A stretch of DNA of 24,000 nt from an uncultured Dehalococcoidia bacterium. GTDB taxonomy: Bacteria > Chloroflexota > Dehalococcoidia > SZUA-161. The position numbers and the translations under genes were made by a program. How positions within the stretch are numbered: the first letter of the stretch is position 1; every line of letters begins with the position of its first letter. The stretch is from assembly GCA_964502665.1 (NCBI GenBank), contig CAZCXP010000009.1, positions 5,804-29,803 of the forward strand. The letters run 5' to 3'. The notes beneath the pieces were generated by a model that was given only the letters and a program-made list of their open reading frames with translations, did not search any database and had not been told where the DNA came from. Below, in pieces: positions 23,597 through 24,000 of the stretch.

Positions 23597-24000
23597 ATGA
23601 AAAAGCTGGACCCAAAGCTGGTTATAACGGCTGTCAGCATTCTTCTAACGGCAGCAATCGTTCTTCTGTTGCTTCTGATAGGGCCCAAGTCGGTTGAGGC
23701 AGTCAACGTTACCGTCACCCCATCGCCCGGCAGTGTTGCGCCAGGTGGAAGCGTAACATTTGATCTCACCGTTGAAATCCTGGCCAGTGAGCGCATCCCA
23801 ATTGAAGGCATCCATCTGCGCATCTTTTCCGATGCCGAGGCTACCATAGAGCTCACCGCCTCTCCCTACAACTCTCCCCTGAGCACGAGTCTCTTTTCAG
23901 CTACCCCATCTACCGGCTACTACGGATATGGATACGGATACGGGTTTGACCCCATTGTCGGCCAGGGGTATAGCTTTGGCTACGGATACGGGTACGGCTA
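23597..24000 (+). CDS. Secreted or anchored protein (partial, runs off the right edge): signal-anchor, Ig-like segment, Gly-Tyr repeats
   Basis: This is my own translation; the ORF is not in the track because it has no stop in the window. It reads MKKLDPKLVITAVSILLTAAIVLLLLLIGPKSVEAVNVTVTPSPGSVAPGGSVTFDLTVEI...STGYYGYGYGYGFDPIVGQGYSFGYGYGYG. There is no clear SD, and the AGGAGGG at 23527-23533 is not followed by a suitable start in this frame. Confidence 0.6.
   Translation, partial: MKKLDPKLVITAVSILLTAAIVLLLLLIGPKSVEAVNVTVTPSPGSVAPGGSVTFDLTVEILASERIPIEGIHLRIFSDAEATIELTASPYNSPLSTSLFSATPSTGYYGYGYGYGFDPIVGQGYSFGYGYGYG
23915..24000 (+). repeat. Gly-Tyr (GYGYGYG) low-complexity coding repeats, two blocks
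   Basis: Block one is ggc tac tac gga tat gga tac gga tac ggg ttt (23915-23947). Block two is ggc tac gga tac ggg tac ggc (23978-24000), which continues past the window edge. Confidence 0.85.

Noticed and set aside
23413-23856. The 147-aa minus-strand ORF and the 84-aa plus-strand ORF (23443..23697) in the right-hand intergenic region
   Set aside because: The minus-strand ORF is antisense to a plus-strand frame that has a convincing signal-anchor and domain-like sequence. The 84-aa ORF is in a different frame with an Arg/Ser-rich, low-complexity translation, and the AGGAGGG at 23527 has no spacing to its GTG.
1-24000. A search for mobile elements, CRISPR arrays, tRNA/rRNA genes, toxin-antitoxin systems or known defence systems
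   Set aside because: I saw no transposase, integrase or recombinase-like ORFs. There are no long terminal inverted repeats, no regularly spaced direct repeats and no cloverleaf-compatible segments. The XRE regulator is paired with a membrane protein rather than a toxin-like ORF.

Overview
The window looks like a bacterial chromosomal segment: it has sigma70-type promoters and strong Shine-Dalgarno sites. I found no tRNA, rRNA, CRISPR array or mobile-element genes. The host is probably an anaerobe, because the window carries a glycyl radical enzyme. It may be a monoderm lineage such as Chloroflexota or Firmicutes, but that is a guess.

The window splits into three blocks.

1. Positions 1-2660, minus strand. 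A glycyl radical enzyme, truncated at the left edge, sits behind a GXWXG/DUF4334-like gene. A ~250-nt leader that appears structured precedes both.

2. Positions 3022-8683, an oxidative-stress and light island.
- A peroxiredoxin whose peroxidatic Cys codon is an in-frame TGA followed by a SECIS-like hairpin. This is a likely selenoprotein that the ORF track splits in two.
- A clade-3-type heme catalase with a consensus promoter.
- A divergently transcribed, visibly GC-rich DUF2804-like gene.
- A clear heliorhodopsin with the retinal Lys, counterion Glu and both His residues conserved.
- A DUF2178-like membrane protein paired with a small XRE regulator.
- An endonuclease-III-like gene remnant.

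3. Positions 8756-24000, a cell-surface glycosylation locus.
- A ten-gene minus-strand operon encodes: a GT2 polyprenyl-phosphate sugar synthase, a GT4, a GT-C-like protein, a SAM methyltransferase, an alkaline-phosphatase-superfamily enzyme, a MOP flippase, two unknown proteins, a second GT-C-like protein and a DUF1616-like stub.
- A further GT4 lies nearby.
- Two secreted proteins flank the operon: one is cohesin-like with a (Pro-Thr)n linker and an FN3 domain, the other is Ig-like with Gly-Tyr repeats. They are plausible glycosylation substrates.

Most worth a second look are the Sec-peroxiredoxin recoding event, the heliorhodopsin embedded among peroxide-defence genes, the structured leader of the glycyl radical enzyme operon, and the pair of GT-C-like enzymes with their putative substrates.

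All family assignments rest on motif recognition by eye. No database search was run.
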